NCBI GenBank assembly: GCA_963792415.1
Contig: CAWBVY010000004.1
Span: 544,001 to 608,000 of the forward strand
Direction of reading: 5' to 3'
DNA from: Candidatus Deferrimicrobiaceae bacterium
GTDB taxonomy: Bacteria > Desulfobacterota > Deferrimicrobia > Deferrimicrobiales > Deferrimicrobiaceae
DNA: 64,000 nt
Shown here: positions 21,404 to 31,051 of the stretch, in pieces
Numbering within the stretch: position 1 is the first letter of the stretch
Layout: every line of letters starts with the position of its first letter
The notes under the pieces: model-generated
Told to the model about the DNA's origin: nothing
What the model saw: the letters and a program-made list of their open reading frames with translations, nothing else
The model's database searches: none
Position numbers and translations under genes: made by a program

Positions 21404-21601
21404 TCAGCCCCCGGAGACGACGGAGATGACGTCGATCGTCGCCCCGTCCTCGACCCGGTGGTCCTTCGTGAGGAGCTTCTTCCCCTGGGTGACGATCACC
21501 GTGGTGGGGCGCACCCCCGCATCGGCGAGCAGGTCCATCACCCGCCGGGGGCCGGGGAGTGCGAGCTCCTTCTTCTTCTGGGGAAGGCGTACGGTGATCA
21601 T
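21404..21601 (-). CDS. ttuB: Ubiquitin-like sulfur carrier (TtuB/ThiS/MoaD family), 65 aa
   Basis: MITVRLP...DVISVVSGG with C-terminal Gly-Gly; directly upstream of ttuA. Confidence 0.88.
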   Translation of the reverse strand: MITVRLPQKKKELALPGPRRVMDLLADAGVRPTTVIVTQGKKLLTKDHRVEDGATIDVISVVSGG

Positions 21602-21698
21602 CGGAGCATTATACATGGTGTCTCCACGGAACAGTTGAGTCTCCCCCGGGCGCGGAGTAAGATGATCGCAAATCGCTCGCCTGAGGAGGAATTCCGAA

Positions 21699-22028
21699 AT
21701 GCGCGTTCGCTCCGTGGTCCCGGGTCTCCTGTCCGCGATGCTTCTCGTCTTCGCCATCGGCTGCGCCAAGCAGGAACCCCCCAAGCCCGCGGCTCCGGCG
21801 GCTCCCGCGGCGGAGGCCCCGGCGGCTTCCGTGGCGGACGGCAAGACCCTCTTCAACGCCAAGTGCGGCGTCTGCCACGGTCTCGACCGGGCGACCGCCC
21901 GCACCGAGACGAAGGCGCAGTGGGCCAGCTTCGTCAAGGAGATGCAGGAGAAGAAGGTTGACTGGATCTCGGACGCCGAGGCGTCGAAGATCGTCGACTA
22001 CCTCACCGCGGAGCACGGCAAGAAGTAA
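21699..22028 (+). CDS. Monoheme c-type cytochrome lipoprotein
   Basis: GAGGAG RBS, lipobox AIGC, Pro/Ala linker, CGVCH heme motif, distal Met. Confidence 0.85.
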   Translation: MRVRSVVPGLLSAMLLVFAIGCAKQEPPKPAAPAAPAAEAPAASVADGKTLFNAKCGVCHGLDRATARTETKAQWASFVKEMQEKKVDWISDAEASKIVDYLTAEHGKK

Positions 22029-22080
22029 ACCGATCGGCGTGGGACGGGCGGCTCGGACCTCCCTCCCCGCGTAGCAAGGA

Positions 22081-22118
22081 CGGGCGGTCTCAGGCGCAGG
22101 AGACCGCCCGATTTTTCT
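22081..22118 (+). terminator. Intrinsic terminator
   Basis: 11-bp stem cgggcggtctc/gagaccgcccg followed by attttt. Confidence 0.7.
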
Positions 22119-22141
22119 CGGGAGGTCGCCCCGCCCCACCT

Positions 22142-22222
22142 CGAGCTTCGCGCCGGTGGGGTACCCCCGGTGGGATCAAGCCGGGGGGGCAGTACGAGCT
22201 TCGCGCTGCTGGGGTACCCCCG
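22142..22222. repeat. Two 28-bp direct repeats (26/28 identical) with a ggggtacccc palindrome; 25-bp spacer
   Basis: cgagcttcgcgc(c/t)g(g/c)tggggtacccccg at 22142-22169 and 22195-22222. Confidence 0.8.
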
Positions 22223-22246
22223 CCGTAGGGAGAATGGGGGGCACAA

Positions 22247-23188
22247 CTGGATATCCTGCAGGCGGTCATCCCGGTTTTCCTCGTGGTGGCGGTGGGGATC
22301 GTCCTGCGCCGCTACCGGTTCCTCGACGAGGGGTTCATCGACAAGGCGAACTCCCTCGTCTACTACATCCTGCTCCCGGTCCTCCTCTTCCACGAGATCG
22401 GCGGGACCGATTTCCGGCAGGCGTTCAGCGGACCCCTCGTGGTCGGAGGGTACGCCGCCACGATCGCGATCTTCCTGCTCGCCTTCCTCGTGGCCCGCGG
22501 CCTCGGGCTCGGGCCCTCGGAAACGGGGGTCTTCGTCCAGGGGTCGTTGCGCGCCAACCTGGCGTATGTCGGGCTGCCGATCGTCTTCAACGCGGTGGGG
22601 CCCGCGGGGCTGCGGAAGGCGGGGATCTTCCTCGGCATGATCGTACCGCTGCTGAACGGCCTGTCGATCGTGGCGTTGACGGCGCCCCACGGCGCGGGGA
22701 GGGGCGAGGGGATCGGGACCACGGCGTCGCGCATCACTCGCCAGATCGCGATGAACCCCATCATCCTCGCCTGCCTCGCTGGGATCGCTTGGAGCATGCT
22801 GAAACTTTCCCTCCCCGGGATGGTCGACCGGACCTTCCGGATCCTCACGCCGGCCACCTTGCCGCTGGCGCTGCTGTCCCTCGGGGGATCCTTCTCGTTC
22901 GAGCGCGCCCGGAAAGGGTTCGCGGTCGCCTCCCTCGCGGCGTTCATGAAGGGGGTGGTGGTGACGGGGATCGGGATCGCCCTTTACCGGTGGATGGGAG
23001 TGTCGGGGGAGGACCTGCGGATCGGGGCGATCATGCTCGGGTGCCCCGCCGCGGTGGTCACCTACGTGATGGCGGCGCGCCTTCGGGGCGACACGGACCT
23101 CGCCGGGACGATCATCATCGTCTCGACCGTCACCTCCGCCGCCACAATCACCGGATGGTTGCTCCTGATCCGGTTCATGGGGTGGTGA
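22247..23188 (+). CDS. AEC (auxin efflux carrier) family transporter; probable CTG start
   Basis: (M)DILQAVIPVFLVV, YILLPVLLF, RANLAYVGLP, NPIILA, PLALLSLG, PAAV...AGTIIIVST. Confidence 0.88.
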   Translation: MDILQAVIPVFLVVAVGIVLRRYRFLDEGFIDKANSLVYYILLPVLLFHEIGGTDFRQAFSGPLVVGGYAATIAIFLLAFLVARGLGLGPSETGVFVQGSLRANLAYVGLPIVFNAVGPAGLRKAGIFLGMIVPLLNGLSIVALTAPHGAGRGEGIGTTASRITRQIAMNPIILACLAGIAWSMLKLSLPGMVDRTFRILTPATLPLALLSLGGSFSFERARKGFAVASLAAFMKGVVVTGIGIALYRWMGVSGEDLRIGAIMLGCPAAVVTYVMAARLRGDTDLAGTIIIVSTVTSAATITGWLLLIRFMGW

Positions 23189-23224
23189 TCCCCCCCGAAA
23201 CGTCATCCCGCGGGAGATGTCGTC

Positions 23225-23857
23225 CTACCCGAGCAGCAGCGCGATCGCCTTCCTCGGCCCGTGGGCGCCGACGGTGAGGGTCTGCTCGATGTCGCCGGTC
23301 CTGCTCGGGCCGGAGAGGAAGGAGATGTTCCGGGGCGGATCGGCGGTGACGGCCGCCAGCGCCTCCTCCATCCGGGCGACCAACGAGGCGGCGGGCACGA
23401 TCGAAACGTGGACGTCCGCCATCAGGCCCGGGAGGAGCGTCCTCCCGAACGCGCTGGTCTCGACGATCGTCCCCGTTTCGGCGATCGCGGCCTCCGCTGT
23501 CCGAAAACCGGCCGTGGCCGCCGCGCCCCCGTCGCGAACCTCCGCCCCCGTCGTGAGGTTGAACGGCCCGAACGGGACGAGCGCCTCCGCGATCTCCCGC
23601 GCCGCCGCGTCTTCTTCCGGGAAGAAGAGGGCGGTCACGCCCTCCGCGCGCAGGTGTTCCCCGAGGTCGGACAACGCCTTTTCCACCGTTCCGCGGAGGA
23701 GCACCCCGCCGGCGGCGGCGAACGTTTTCGCGAACAGCGCGACGCGGTCGGATTCCGGCGCCACGGTCGCTTCCCCCGGAAGCGGCCTCCCGGCCGGGGA
23801 GCCGTGACCCCCGCATGCCGCGGAAAGGCGTTGGAACAGCGACTCCCGCTCGTTCAC
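23225..23857 (-). CDS. lutC: Lactate utilization protein C (LUD domain)
   Basis: AAIAETGT, SGPSRTGDIEQTLTVGAHGP. Confidence 0.9.
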   Translation of the reverse strand: MNERESLFQRLSAACGGHGSPAGRPLPGEATVAPESDRVALFAKTFAAAGGVLLRGTVEKALSDLGEHLRAEGVTALFFPEEDAAAREIAEALVPFGPFNLTTGAEVRDGGAAATAGFRTAEAAIAETGTIVETSAFGRTLLPGLMADVHVSIVPAASLVARMEEALAAVTADPPRNISFLSGPSRTGDIEQTLTVGAHGPRKAIALLLG

Positions 23858-23861
23858 CGCG

Positions 23862-25274
23862 TTACCCCCTTGCTCCCCGCTTGATCTTCCACTGCTTGCG
23901 GAACGGCCGCGCGGCCGGCGCGGGGAAGTCGCGGCGCTCCGTCCACCCCGAGAAGGGGTACGGCAGCCCGCCGATCCCCTTCCCCTTCGAGAAGAACTGC
24001 CCCAGCACCCCGGCGATCCGCTCGATCGCTTCGAGCAGCCCGGCCCGCCGCATCACCCCCGCGTACCCCTTCATCGCGGCGATCTCGCCGGGGGTCTTCA
24101 ACCCCTGTTCCCGCGCGTCGGACCGAAGCTCGAGCAGGAAATCCGGCAGGGGGATCTTCACCGGGCACACGTCCGCGCACGCGCCGCACAGCGTGCTCGC
24201 GTCGGGCAGCGCGGCCGCCTCGGGGAGGCCGACCAGCAGCGGGGTCAGGACCGCGCCGATCGGACCGGAGTAGACCCACCCGTAGGCGTGCCCCCCCACG
24301 CTCTGGTAGACGGGACAGGTGTTCAGGCATGCGCCGCAGCGGAGGCATTTGAGGACTTCCCGGTACTTCCCCTCGAGGATCGCGCTGCGGCCGCAATCGA
24401 GCAGGAGGATGTGCATCCGGTCCGGCCCCTCGGGGTCGACCGCCCGCCGCGTGCCCGTCACGATCGACACGTACGACGAGATCGCCTGGCCGGTGGCGCT
24501 CCGCGGCAGGAGGCGAAGGAAGGTCGGCAGGTCCGCCATGCGCGGGATGACCTTCTCGATCCCGACGACGGCGAGGTGGACGCGCGGCAGGACCGTCCCC
24601 ATCCGCCCGTTTCCCTCGTTGGTGACGAGCACGACGGATCCGGTGTCGGCCACCAGGAAGTTCCCGCCGGAGACGCCCATCCCCGCGGAGAGGAACTTCC
24701 CCCGCAGGTGCTTTCGGGCCATCCCGACCAGTTCGGGGATGCTGTCGGTCCGCGGCTCCCCGAGGTGGCGCTCGAAGAGGCGCGAGATCTCCTCGCGCGT
24801 CTTGTGGACGGCGGGGGCGATGATGTGGGAAGGTGTCTCCCCCGCGAGCTGGACGATGTATTCCCCGAGGTCGGACTCGACGACCGTGACGCCCGCCCCC
24901 TGCAGCGCCTCGTTCAGGGAAATCTCCTCGGACGCCATCGACTTCGACTTCACGGCGAGGGTGACCCCTTCGTCCCGCGCGATCCGCGCGGCGATCTCCC
25001 GCGCCTGGGCCGCGTTCCGGGCCACATGGACGATCGCGCCCCGTTTTTCCGCCTCCTCGATGAAGCGCGCGAGGTACGTGTCCAGGTGGTCGAGGACGTC
25101 CCGCTTGATCCGCGACGCGCGCTCCCGGGTCGCCTCGAACTCGGGAAATTCGGCGATCGCCGCGTCGCGGTGGGTCTGGAACCGCTCCGTGGCCCGCCCC
25201 AGCGCTCCCTGCAGCTTCTTGTCGAGGAGCGCCTTCCGGGCGTTTCGCCCGAACGCGTTGGCGTTGAGCTCCAT
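23862..25274 (-). CDS. lutB: Lactate utilization Fe-S protein B
   Basis: KSKSM, ESDLGEYIVQL, PSHIIAPAVH, NEGN, RSATGQ, CLRCGACLNTCPVY, CGACADVCPVKIP. Confidence 0.95.
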   Translation of the reverse strand: MELNANAFGRNARKALLDKKLQGALGRATERFQTHRDAAIAEFPEFEATRERASRIKRDVLDHLDTYLARFIEEAEKRGAIVHVARNAAQAREIAARIARDEGVTLAVKSKSMASEEISLNEALQGAGVTVVESDLGEYIVQLAGETPSHIIAPAVHKTREEISRLFERHLGEPRTDSIPELVGMARKHLRGKFLSAGMGVSGGNFLVADTGSVVLVTNEGNGRMGTVLPRVHLAVVGIEKVIPRMADLPTFLRLLPRSATGQAISSYVSIVTGTRRAVDPEGPDRMHILLLDCGRSAILEGKYREVLKCLRCGACLNTCPVYQSVGGHAYGWVYSGPIGAVLTPLLVGLPEAAALPDASTLCGACADVCPVKIPLPDFLLELRSDAREQGLKTPGEIAAMKGYAGVMRRAGLLEAIERIAGVLGQFFSKGKGIGGLPYPFSGWTERRDFPAPAARPFRKQWKIKRGARG

Positions 25275-26095
25275 TAGCGGCCACCCGTTCTTCGGACGGT
25301 CACGGGTGGACGCGTATCCTTCGAAGCGGCATCCGCCGCGAAGGAGGACAGCCCTCCGGCGCTCCCGGCGAGGATTTCGGCGAGATGGATCGGTTTCACC
25401 GGGTATCCGATCCGCGAGATCAACCCGCCGATGTTCAGCAGGCACCCGAGATCCCCGGAGGTGACGTACGACGCGCCGGTCGCGAGAATCCGCTCGAGCT
25501 TGCGCTCCGTCATCCTGCAGGAGATCTGCGGATGTTTCACGGAGAAGACGCCGCCGAAGCCGCAGCACCGGTCGCTCTCCTCCATCTCGACGAACTCGAC
25601 CCCGGGGACGGCGCGCAGCAGCTTCCGCGGGGCCTCGACCACCCCGAGCCCCCGACGAAGGTGGCACGAATCGTGGTACGTCACCTTTCCCGAAAAGTTC
25701 GATTTCGGGTCGGTCACGCCGAGCACGTCGACCAGGAACTGGGAGAGTTCGAAGATGCGATCGCCGACCGCCCGCGCCCGGTCGAGCATCCGGGGCTCGT
25801 CCCGGAACAGGACGGGGTAGCCGTGCTTCACCATCGCCGCGCACGACCCCGACGGGGTGACGATGGGGCCGTCGTCGGCGAAGGAGAGGAGGAACTTCCG
25901 CGCCATCGCCCGGGCCTCCTTCCGGTTGCCCGAGTTGAAGGCGGGCTGGCCGCAGCACGTCTGGGAGAGCGGGACGCGCACCGTCGCCCCGAACCGCTCG
26001 AGCACCTCGACGGTCGCGCTGCAGACCCCGGGGGAGAAGGCGTCGGCGAGGCAGGTGAAGAAAAGGGAAACGGGGATGGGCCCCTCAGCCCGCAT
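25274..26095 (-). CDS. lutA: Lactate utilization protein A (CCG domains)
   Basis: FFTCLAD, QTCCGQPAFNSG, SGSCAAM, YHDSCH, CCGFGGVFS, DLGCLLNI. Confidence 0.93.
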   Translation of the reverse strand: MRAEGPIPVSLFFTCLADAFSPGVCSATVEVLERFGATVRVPLSQTCCGQPAFNSGNRKEARAMARKFLLSFADDGPIVTPSGSCAAMVKHGYPVLFRDEPRMLDRARAVGDRIFELSQFLVDVLGVTDPKSNFSGKVTYHDSCHLRRGLGVVEAPRKLLRAVPGVEFVEMEESDRCCGFGGVFSVKHPQISCRMTERKLERILATGASYVTSGDLGCLLNIGGLISRIGYPVKPIHLAEILAGSAGGLSSFAADAASKDTRPPVTVRRTGGR

Positions 26096-26266
26096 ATCTC
26101 ACCAGCCTTCTGCTACGGCGGCGGATACGGGCATGTCTACTGCGTTCCGCTCGGTCGGGCTCCTCAGCGTAGTTTCAACTACGCCTCCGGGGCCCTCCGG
26201 TCGCGCGCCTTGTATCCACGCCCGTCTCCACCCCCTCGCGACGAATCCTGGTGAGATATGCGGGCT
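26087..26266. mobile_element. 180-bp MITE-like element with perfect 19-bp terminal inverted repeats
   Basis: agcccgcatatctcaccag (26087-26105) / ctggtgagatatgcgggct (26248-26266); internal hairpin gcgtagtt-tc-aactacgc. No transposase and no clear target-site duplication. Confidence 0.75.
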
Positions 26267-26399
26267 TGGATCCATCCCCGTAGTATACGGCATTCGCATC
26301 CCCCCTCGAGGGAACGATCCTTCCGGGGGATAACCCCGGCGCGGAAGGAGGGGGCTCTTGTCGCGCCGCTCCCCCCGGAAGGACATCAGGATCGGGGGG

Positions 26400-26744
<345 letters not shown>

Positions 26745-28250
26745 TTATCTCCTCTCGACGAGCTGGAAGTTGGGATAGGCCGAGTTGCCGTGCTCGGTGT
26801 AATCCAGGCCTTCCACCTCTTCCTCTTCGCTCACGCGGATCCCGCCGCAGAGCATCTTCGTGACGAACCAGAAGGCCAGGGAGAGGCCGAACACGGCCAC
26901 GGCGACCACGCCGACGCCGATGAGCTGCGGGCCGAGTTGCTCCATGCCGCCCCCAAGGAGGAGTCCCTTCTTCGCCGCGGCCGCGGCCGGGCAGACGGTG
27001 GGATCGGCGAAGAGGCCCAGTGCGATGGTTCCGAACACCCCGTTGGCCAGGTGAACCGCCGTGGCGCCCACCGGGTCGTCGATCCGGATCCGGTCGAAGA
27101 AAAATACCGCCAGGACCACGATGACGCCTGCAATGATGCCGATGATGAGCGAACTGGGGACGCTGACAAATGCGCAGGGAGCCGTGATCGCCACCAGGCC
27201 CGCGAGGCAGCCGTTCAACGTCATCCCGAAGTCGGGTTTCCCCAGGAGGATCCATGCGGTGAGCATCGAGGAGAGGGTGGCCGCCGCCGCCGCGATGTTG
27301 GTGGTGGTGGCCACGTGGGCGATGGAGGGTCCGTCCGCGGCCATGGTGGAGCCCGGGTTGAACCCGAACCACCCGAACCAGAGGATGAACACCCCGATGG
27401 CGGCCGAGGTCATGCTGTGGCCGGGAATGGCGAACACCTTGCCATCCTTGCCGTACTTTCCGAGCCGGGGCCCGAGAACGATGATCCCGGCCAGGGCGGC
27501 CCAGCCGCCGATGGAATGGACGACCGTGGAACCGGCGAAGTCGAGGAAGCCCTTGCTCGCGAGCCAGCCGCCGCCCCAGATCAGGTGGCCGCCGATGGGG
27601 TAGATGACCCCCACCATGAAGAGCGTGAAGATGACGAACGCCTTGAACTTGATCCGCTCGGCCACCGCCCCCGACACGATGGTGGCCGCGGTCCCGGCGA
27701 AGACGAGCTGGAAGAAGAACTTGGCCCAGAGCGGCACGCCCGTCCAGTTGAGCGCGCTGTACACCCCCTGGTAGGCGGCGCCCAGGGCCGGGCTGTTGTC
27801 TGCCCCCGTGACGAAGAGGAGTCCTTTGAGACCGAGGAGCGGATTCCCGTCCCCGAACATGAGCCCGAACCCCAGGACCAGGAACGCGATCGAGGAGACC
27901 GCGAACACCACGAAGTTCTTGAAGAGGATGTTGACGCAGTTCTTGGCGCGGCAGAACCCGGACTCCACCAGGCCGAAGCCCAGGTTCATGAAGAAGACCA
28001 GGAATGCGGCGATCAGCACCCAGATGGTGTCGATGGCGACCTTCTGGCCGGCGATGGATTCGGCCATCTCCTTGGTGAAGGTCGGCGCCGGGGCCGCCGG
28101 TGCGGTGGCCGGTGCGGGGGCGGCGACGGCCGGTGCCGCTTCGGGCTTCACCTCGTCCGCCGCCATCGCGGGGAGGAGCGTGCCGGCTGCCAGCAGGAGC
28201 GCCGCCACGCACAGGAACAGGCTCGTCCACTTCCGAAAATATCTTTTCAT
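26745..28250 (-). CDS. amtB: Ammonium transporter
   Basis: Signal peptide; FFFQLVFA, SGAVAER, DFAGSTVVHSIGG, WFGWFGFNPGS, DDPVGATAVH, EEEVEGLD..EHG. Confidence 0.96.
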   Translation of the reverse strand: MKRYFRKWTSLFLCVAALLLAAGTLLPAMAADEVKPEAAPAVAAPAPATAPAAPAPTFTKEMAESIAGQKVAIDTIWVLIAAFLVFFMNLGFGLVESGFCRAKNCVNILFKNFVVFAVSSIAFLVLGFGLMFGDGNPLLGLKGLLFVTGADNSPALGAAYQGVYSALNWTGVPLWAKFFFQLVFAGTAATIVSGAVAERIKFKAFVIFTLFMVGVIYPIGGHLIWGGGWLASKGFLDFAGSTVVHSIGGWAALAGIIVLGPRLGKYGKDGKVFAIPGHSMTSAAIGVFILWFGWFGFNPGSTMAADGPSIAHVATTTNIAAAAATLSSMLTAWILLGKPDFGMTLNGCLAGLVAITAPCAFVSVPSSLIIGIIAGVIVVLAVFFFDRIRIDDPVGATAVHLANGVFGTIALGLFADPTVCPAAAAAKKGLLLGGGMEQLGPQLIGVGVVAVAVFGLSLAFWFVTKMLCGGIRVSEEEEVEGLDYTEHGNSAYPNFQLVERR

Positions 28251-28319
28251 CGCGTTCTCCTTTTCTGATCCGGCCGCTCCGTCAGGGGCGGTCGGTGTCG
28301 CGACCAGCTCGTCCGCGGG

Positions 28320-29102
28320 TTACGGGAAGTTGATGTCGAGCTGCAGCGTGACGGTGTTCTCTCCGCCGGTCGCCTTCTTGTTGTAGATGTCGTAGCCGAG
28401 GAGAACGCTCACGTTCTTCGCGAACGCCCAGGAGGCGCCGAAGCTCAGAGCGCCCATGAAGGAATTCGAACCCTGGTAGTCGACCGCCATCCACAGCTTG
28501 TCGGAGATCTCGGTCATCGTCCGGTCCCAGGAAAGGAGCACGCCCTTCTCGTCGGAGCTCCCGTTCTCGTCGATCAGGACCTTCTTGTTCCCGGAGAAGT
28601 ATCCGGCGGACAGACGGCCGATCACCGGGAAGGACTTGGCGACCAGCGCGTAGGCGATGTCCTGATTGGTGGCGAGTTCGCCGTTGCGGGCGTCCCCGCT
28701 CTTGGTACCGATGTTGTACATGCCGACCGCGACCGCCGGGATCCAGGTGTTGTCCTCGGGCATCCCGAGCTTGAAGTGTCCGTAGAGCGGATACTTGTCC
28801 AGATCGCCCCCTTGGGAGATCACGTCGAAGCCGACCTCGGCCTGGATCTTCTCGTACGGAAGAACCCCGAAGGTGGGTCCGATCACGACGACCGGCGGCG
28901 TGCGGGAGCCGTCGTCGTTGGTGTTGGCGCGGAGGTACGTGTCGAAGTTCAGGTGCACGGTCTTGTACGGCTGGATGTCCGTCGAGGGAATCCAAACCTG
29001 CGTGGACGGCGTGGCCGCGGCGATCGACGCCGTCAAGCCGCAGAGCGCGAGCGCCGCGAGTGAGATTCCCATCCGATGGATGATTCTGCCGCTCTTCTTC
29101 AT
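28320..29102 (-). CDS. Secreted protein, putative outer membrane beta-barrel/porin
   Basis: Signal peptide, alternating hydrophobic strands, C-terminus VTLQLDINFP; first gene upstream of amtB-glnK. Confidence 0.7.
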   Translation of the reverse strand: MKKSGRIIHRMGISLAALALCGLTASIAAATPSTQVWIPSTDIQPYKTVHLNFDTYLRANTNDDGSRTPPVVVIGPTFGVLPYEKIQAEVGFDVISQGGDLDKYPLYGHFKLGMPEDNTWIPAVAVGMYNIGTKSGDARNGELATNQDIAYALVAKSFPVIGRLSAGYFSGNKKVLIDENGSSDEKGVLLSWDRTMTEISDKLWMAVDYQGSNSFMGALSFGASWAFAKNVSVLLGYDIYNKKATGGENTVTLQLDINFP

Positions 29103-29207
29103 GGTGCCCCCCGTTTTTCCTGCAGAGGGGGTACCCCAGGGAGCGTATTTCGCCCGGGAGTGGGGTGCCCTCTTAGGAAGAGATGATGTCGCTTCGACCC
29201 GTGGGAG

Positions 29208-29224
29208 AGCATCGGCCGTGCCAA
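29208..29224 (-). promoter_or_regulatory. Sigma54 (-24/-12) promoter for porin-amtB-glnK
   Basis: Minus strand TTGGCACGGCCGATGCT (GG-N10-GC). Confidence 0.8.
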
Positions 29225-29334
29225 CGGGGGGCAGGCGGAACGCGCGACGAGACAACGGGTTGAAAGGAAACGGGAAAGCGTGACGATGCGCGGCAGGGGG
29301 GCGGGAGAGGGGGTGCGCGGTGATGCTACAAAAA

Positions 29335-29350
29335 TGTCCGGTTTCCTACA
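29335..29350. promoter_or_regulatory. NifA-type upstream activator sequence TGT-N10-ACA
   Basis: tgt-ccggtttcct-aca, about 110 bp upstream of the sigma54 promoter and next to the NifA-like gene. Confidence 0.65.
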
Positions 29351-29362
29351 TCGATGGTGGGA

Positions 29363-30985
29363 TCACTTCTTCCACGGGGAGGAGAGCCCGTGCTTCTTCA
29401 TCTTGTACGCCACCTGCCGGGGCGTCCACCCGAGGATCTTGGCGGCCCGCGCGATCACCCAGCCGGCGGACGCCAGCGCCGTCTGCAGCTCCTCGCGCTC
29501 CATCGCCTTGAGGAACTCGACCCGGGGCCGCCCTTCGCGCGGCGCCGCCGGGTGGACCGGTTCCGCCGCGGAGGCGCCGCCGGACGCCTGCGGCGGCGGG
29601 GTTTGCCCATACGACCCGGTAGCGGGGAGGGACGCGGCGACCCGGATCGCCCGGGGGAGGTCCTGCGCCCGCACGACCGGCGCCTTGGCCATCACCACCG
29701 CGCGCTCGACGAGGTTCTCGAGCTCCCGCACGTTTCCGGTCCACCGGTACTCGAGGAGCAGGTCGAGGGCGTCCTTCGCGAAGGCGATGCTTTTCCCGTG
29801 CTCCCGGTTGAACCGCTCGAGGAAATGCTCCGTCAGCGGGAGGATGTCCTCCCTCCGGTCCCGCAAGGGGGGGAGGAAGACGGGGATCACGTTGAGCCGG
29901 TAGTAGAGGTCCTCCCGGAACGTGCCCCCCGCCACCATCTTTTCGAGGTCGGCGTTCGTCGCGGCGATGATCCGGACGTCCACGGGAACGGGCCGGTTCT
30001 CGCCGAGGCGCTCGAACGTGCGCTCCTGCAGGACGCGCAGCAGCTTCACCTGCGTGGGGAGCGGGATGTCGCCCACCTCGTCGAGGAAGATCGTGCCGCC
30101 GGACGCCTCCTCGAACCGGCCTTTCCGCTCCTCGACGGCGCCGGTGAAGGCGCCCCGCTTGTGGCCGAACAGCTCCGACTCGAGCAGCGTCTCGGGGAGG
30201 GCGGCGCAGTTGACGGCGACGAAGGGGCGGTCCGCGCGGCCTCCCCCCTGGTGGATCGCGCGGGCGATCATCTCCTTCCCCGTCCCGCTCTCGCCGCGCA
30301 GGAGCACCGTGGCGCGCGACGGCGCGACGCTGGTCACCGCGGCGAAGACCTCCTGCATCCGCTTGCTCTGCCCGACGATGTTCTCGATCCGGTACGTCTT
30401 CCGGATCGTCTTCTCGAATTCCTTCCGTTGCCGCTTGAACTCGTCCTGCAGCCGCTCGATCGCCTTGTGCAGCTTGAGCGCCTGCCCGATGAGGCATCCG
30501 ATCACGGTGAGGGTCCGCGCGTCCGCTTCGAGCGCCCGGGTTCCCTCGCGGCCGATCCGCTCCGCGCTCAGCACCCCCAGCGTCTCGGCGCCGATCTTGA
30601 TGGGGACGCAGATCCAGGAAAGGGGGCCTTCCCCGGACGACTTCCCGTGCGCGCGCGTCTTGTCCAGGAACGACGGCTCTTTCCGGACGTCGGGGAGGGC
30701 GATCGGGCTGCCCGTCTTCATCGTCTTCCCGACGATCCCCTCGCCCCAGACGTATCGCCCCCGCTCCCTCTGCTCGGCGGTGTAGCCGGCGCCGACCTCC
30801 ATCCGGATCTCGCGGGTCGTCTCGTCGGGGCGGAAGATCGCGGCGCGGTCGAATCCGAGGAAGCTCTGGAGCGTGCGAAGGGCGGTCCCCAGCGCGCGGT
30901 CGAGGTTCTGCGTCGAGGTGAGGATCTTGGCCACCTCGTGGATGGCCGCGATCTCGGCCTTCTCGGGGGATCGGGAGTCGGTCAC
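29363..30985 (-). CDS. NifA-like sigma54-dependent activator (GAF-AAA+-HTH)
   Basis: GAF domain (GEGIVG, SWICVPI), [46 protein letters not shown]. Confidence 0.92.
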   Translation of the reverse strand: MTDSRSPEKAEIAAIHEVAKILTSTQNLDRALGTALRTLQSFLGFDRAAIFRPDETTREIRMEVGAGYTAEQRERGRYVWGEGIVGKTMKTGSPIALPDVRKEPSFLDKTRAHGKSSGEGPLSWICVPIKIGAETLGVLSAERIGREGTRALEADARTLTVIGCLIGQALKLHKAIERLQDEFKRQRKEFEKTIRKTYRIENIVGQSKRMQEVFAAVTSVAPSRATVLLRGESGTGKEMIARAIHQGGGRADRPFVAVNCAALPETLLESELFGHKRGAFTGAVEERKGRFEEASGGTIFLDEVGDIPLPTQVKLLRVLQERTFERLGENRPVPVDVRIIAATNADLEKMVAGGTFREDLYYRLNVIPVFLPPLRDRREDILPLTEHFLERFNREHGKSIAFAKDALDLLLEYRWTGNVRELENLVERAVVMAKAPVVRAQDLPRAIRVAASLPATGSYGQTPPPQASGGASAAEPVHPAAPREGRPRVEFLKAMEREELQTALASAGWVIARAAKILGWTPRQVAYKMKKHGLSSPWKK

Positions 30986-31051
30986 GCCCCGATTATAGCG
31001 CAGCGGAGGCGATTCCGACGAGTCGGCTCCGGAGGGCCCGGGTGGCCCGGT

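Noticed and set aside
22142-22222. Possible mini CRISPR array
   Set aside because: Only two repeats, the spacer is self-complementary with the repeat, and there are no cas genes in the window.
26099-26101. In-frame TGA before lutA as selenocysteine
   Set aside because: It lies in the MITE terminal repeat, has no Cys-equivalent context and no convincing SECIS; a restart ATG follows.
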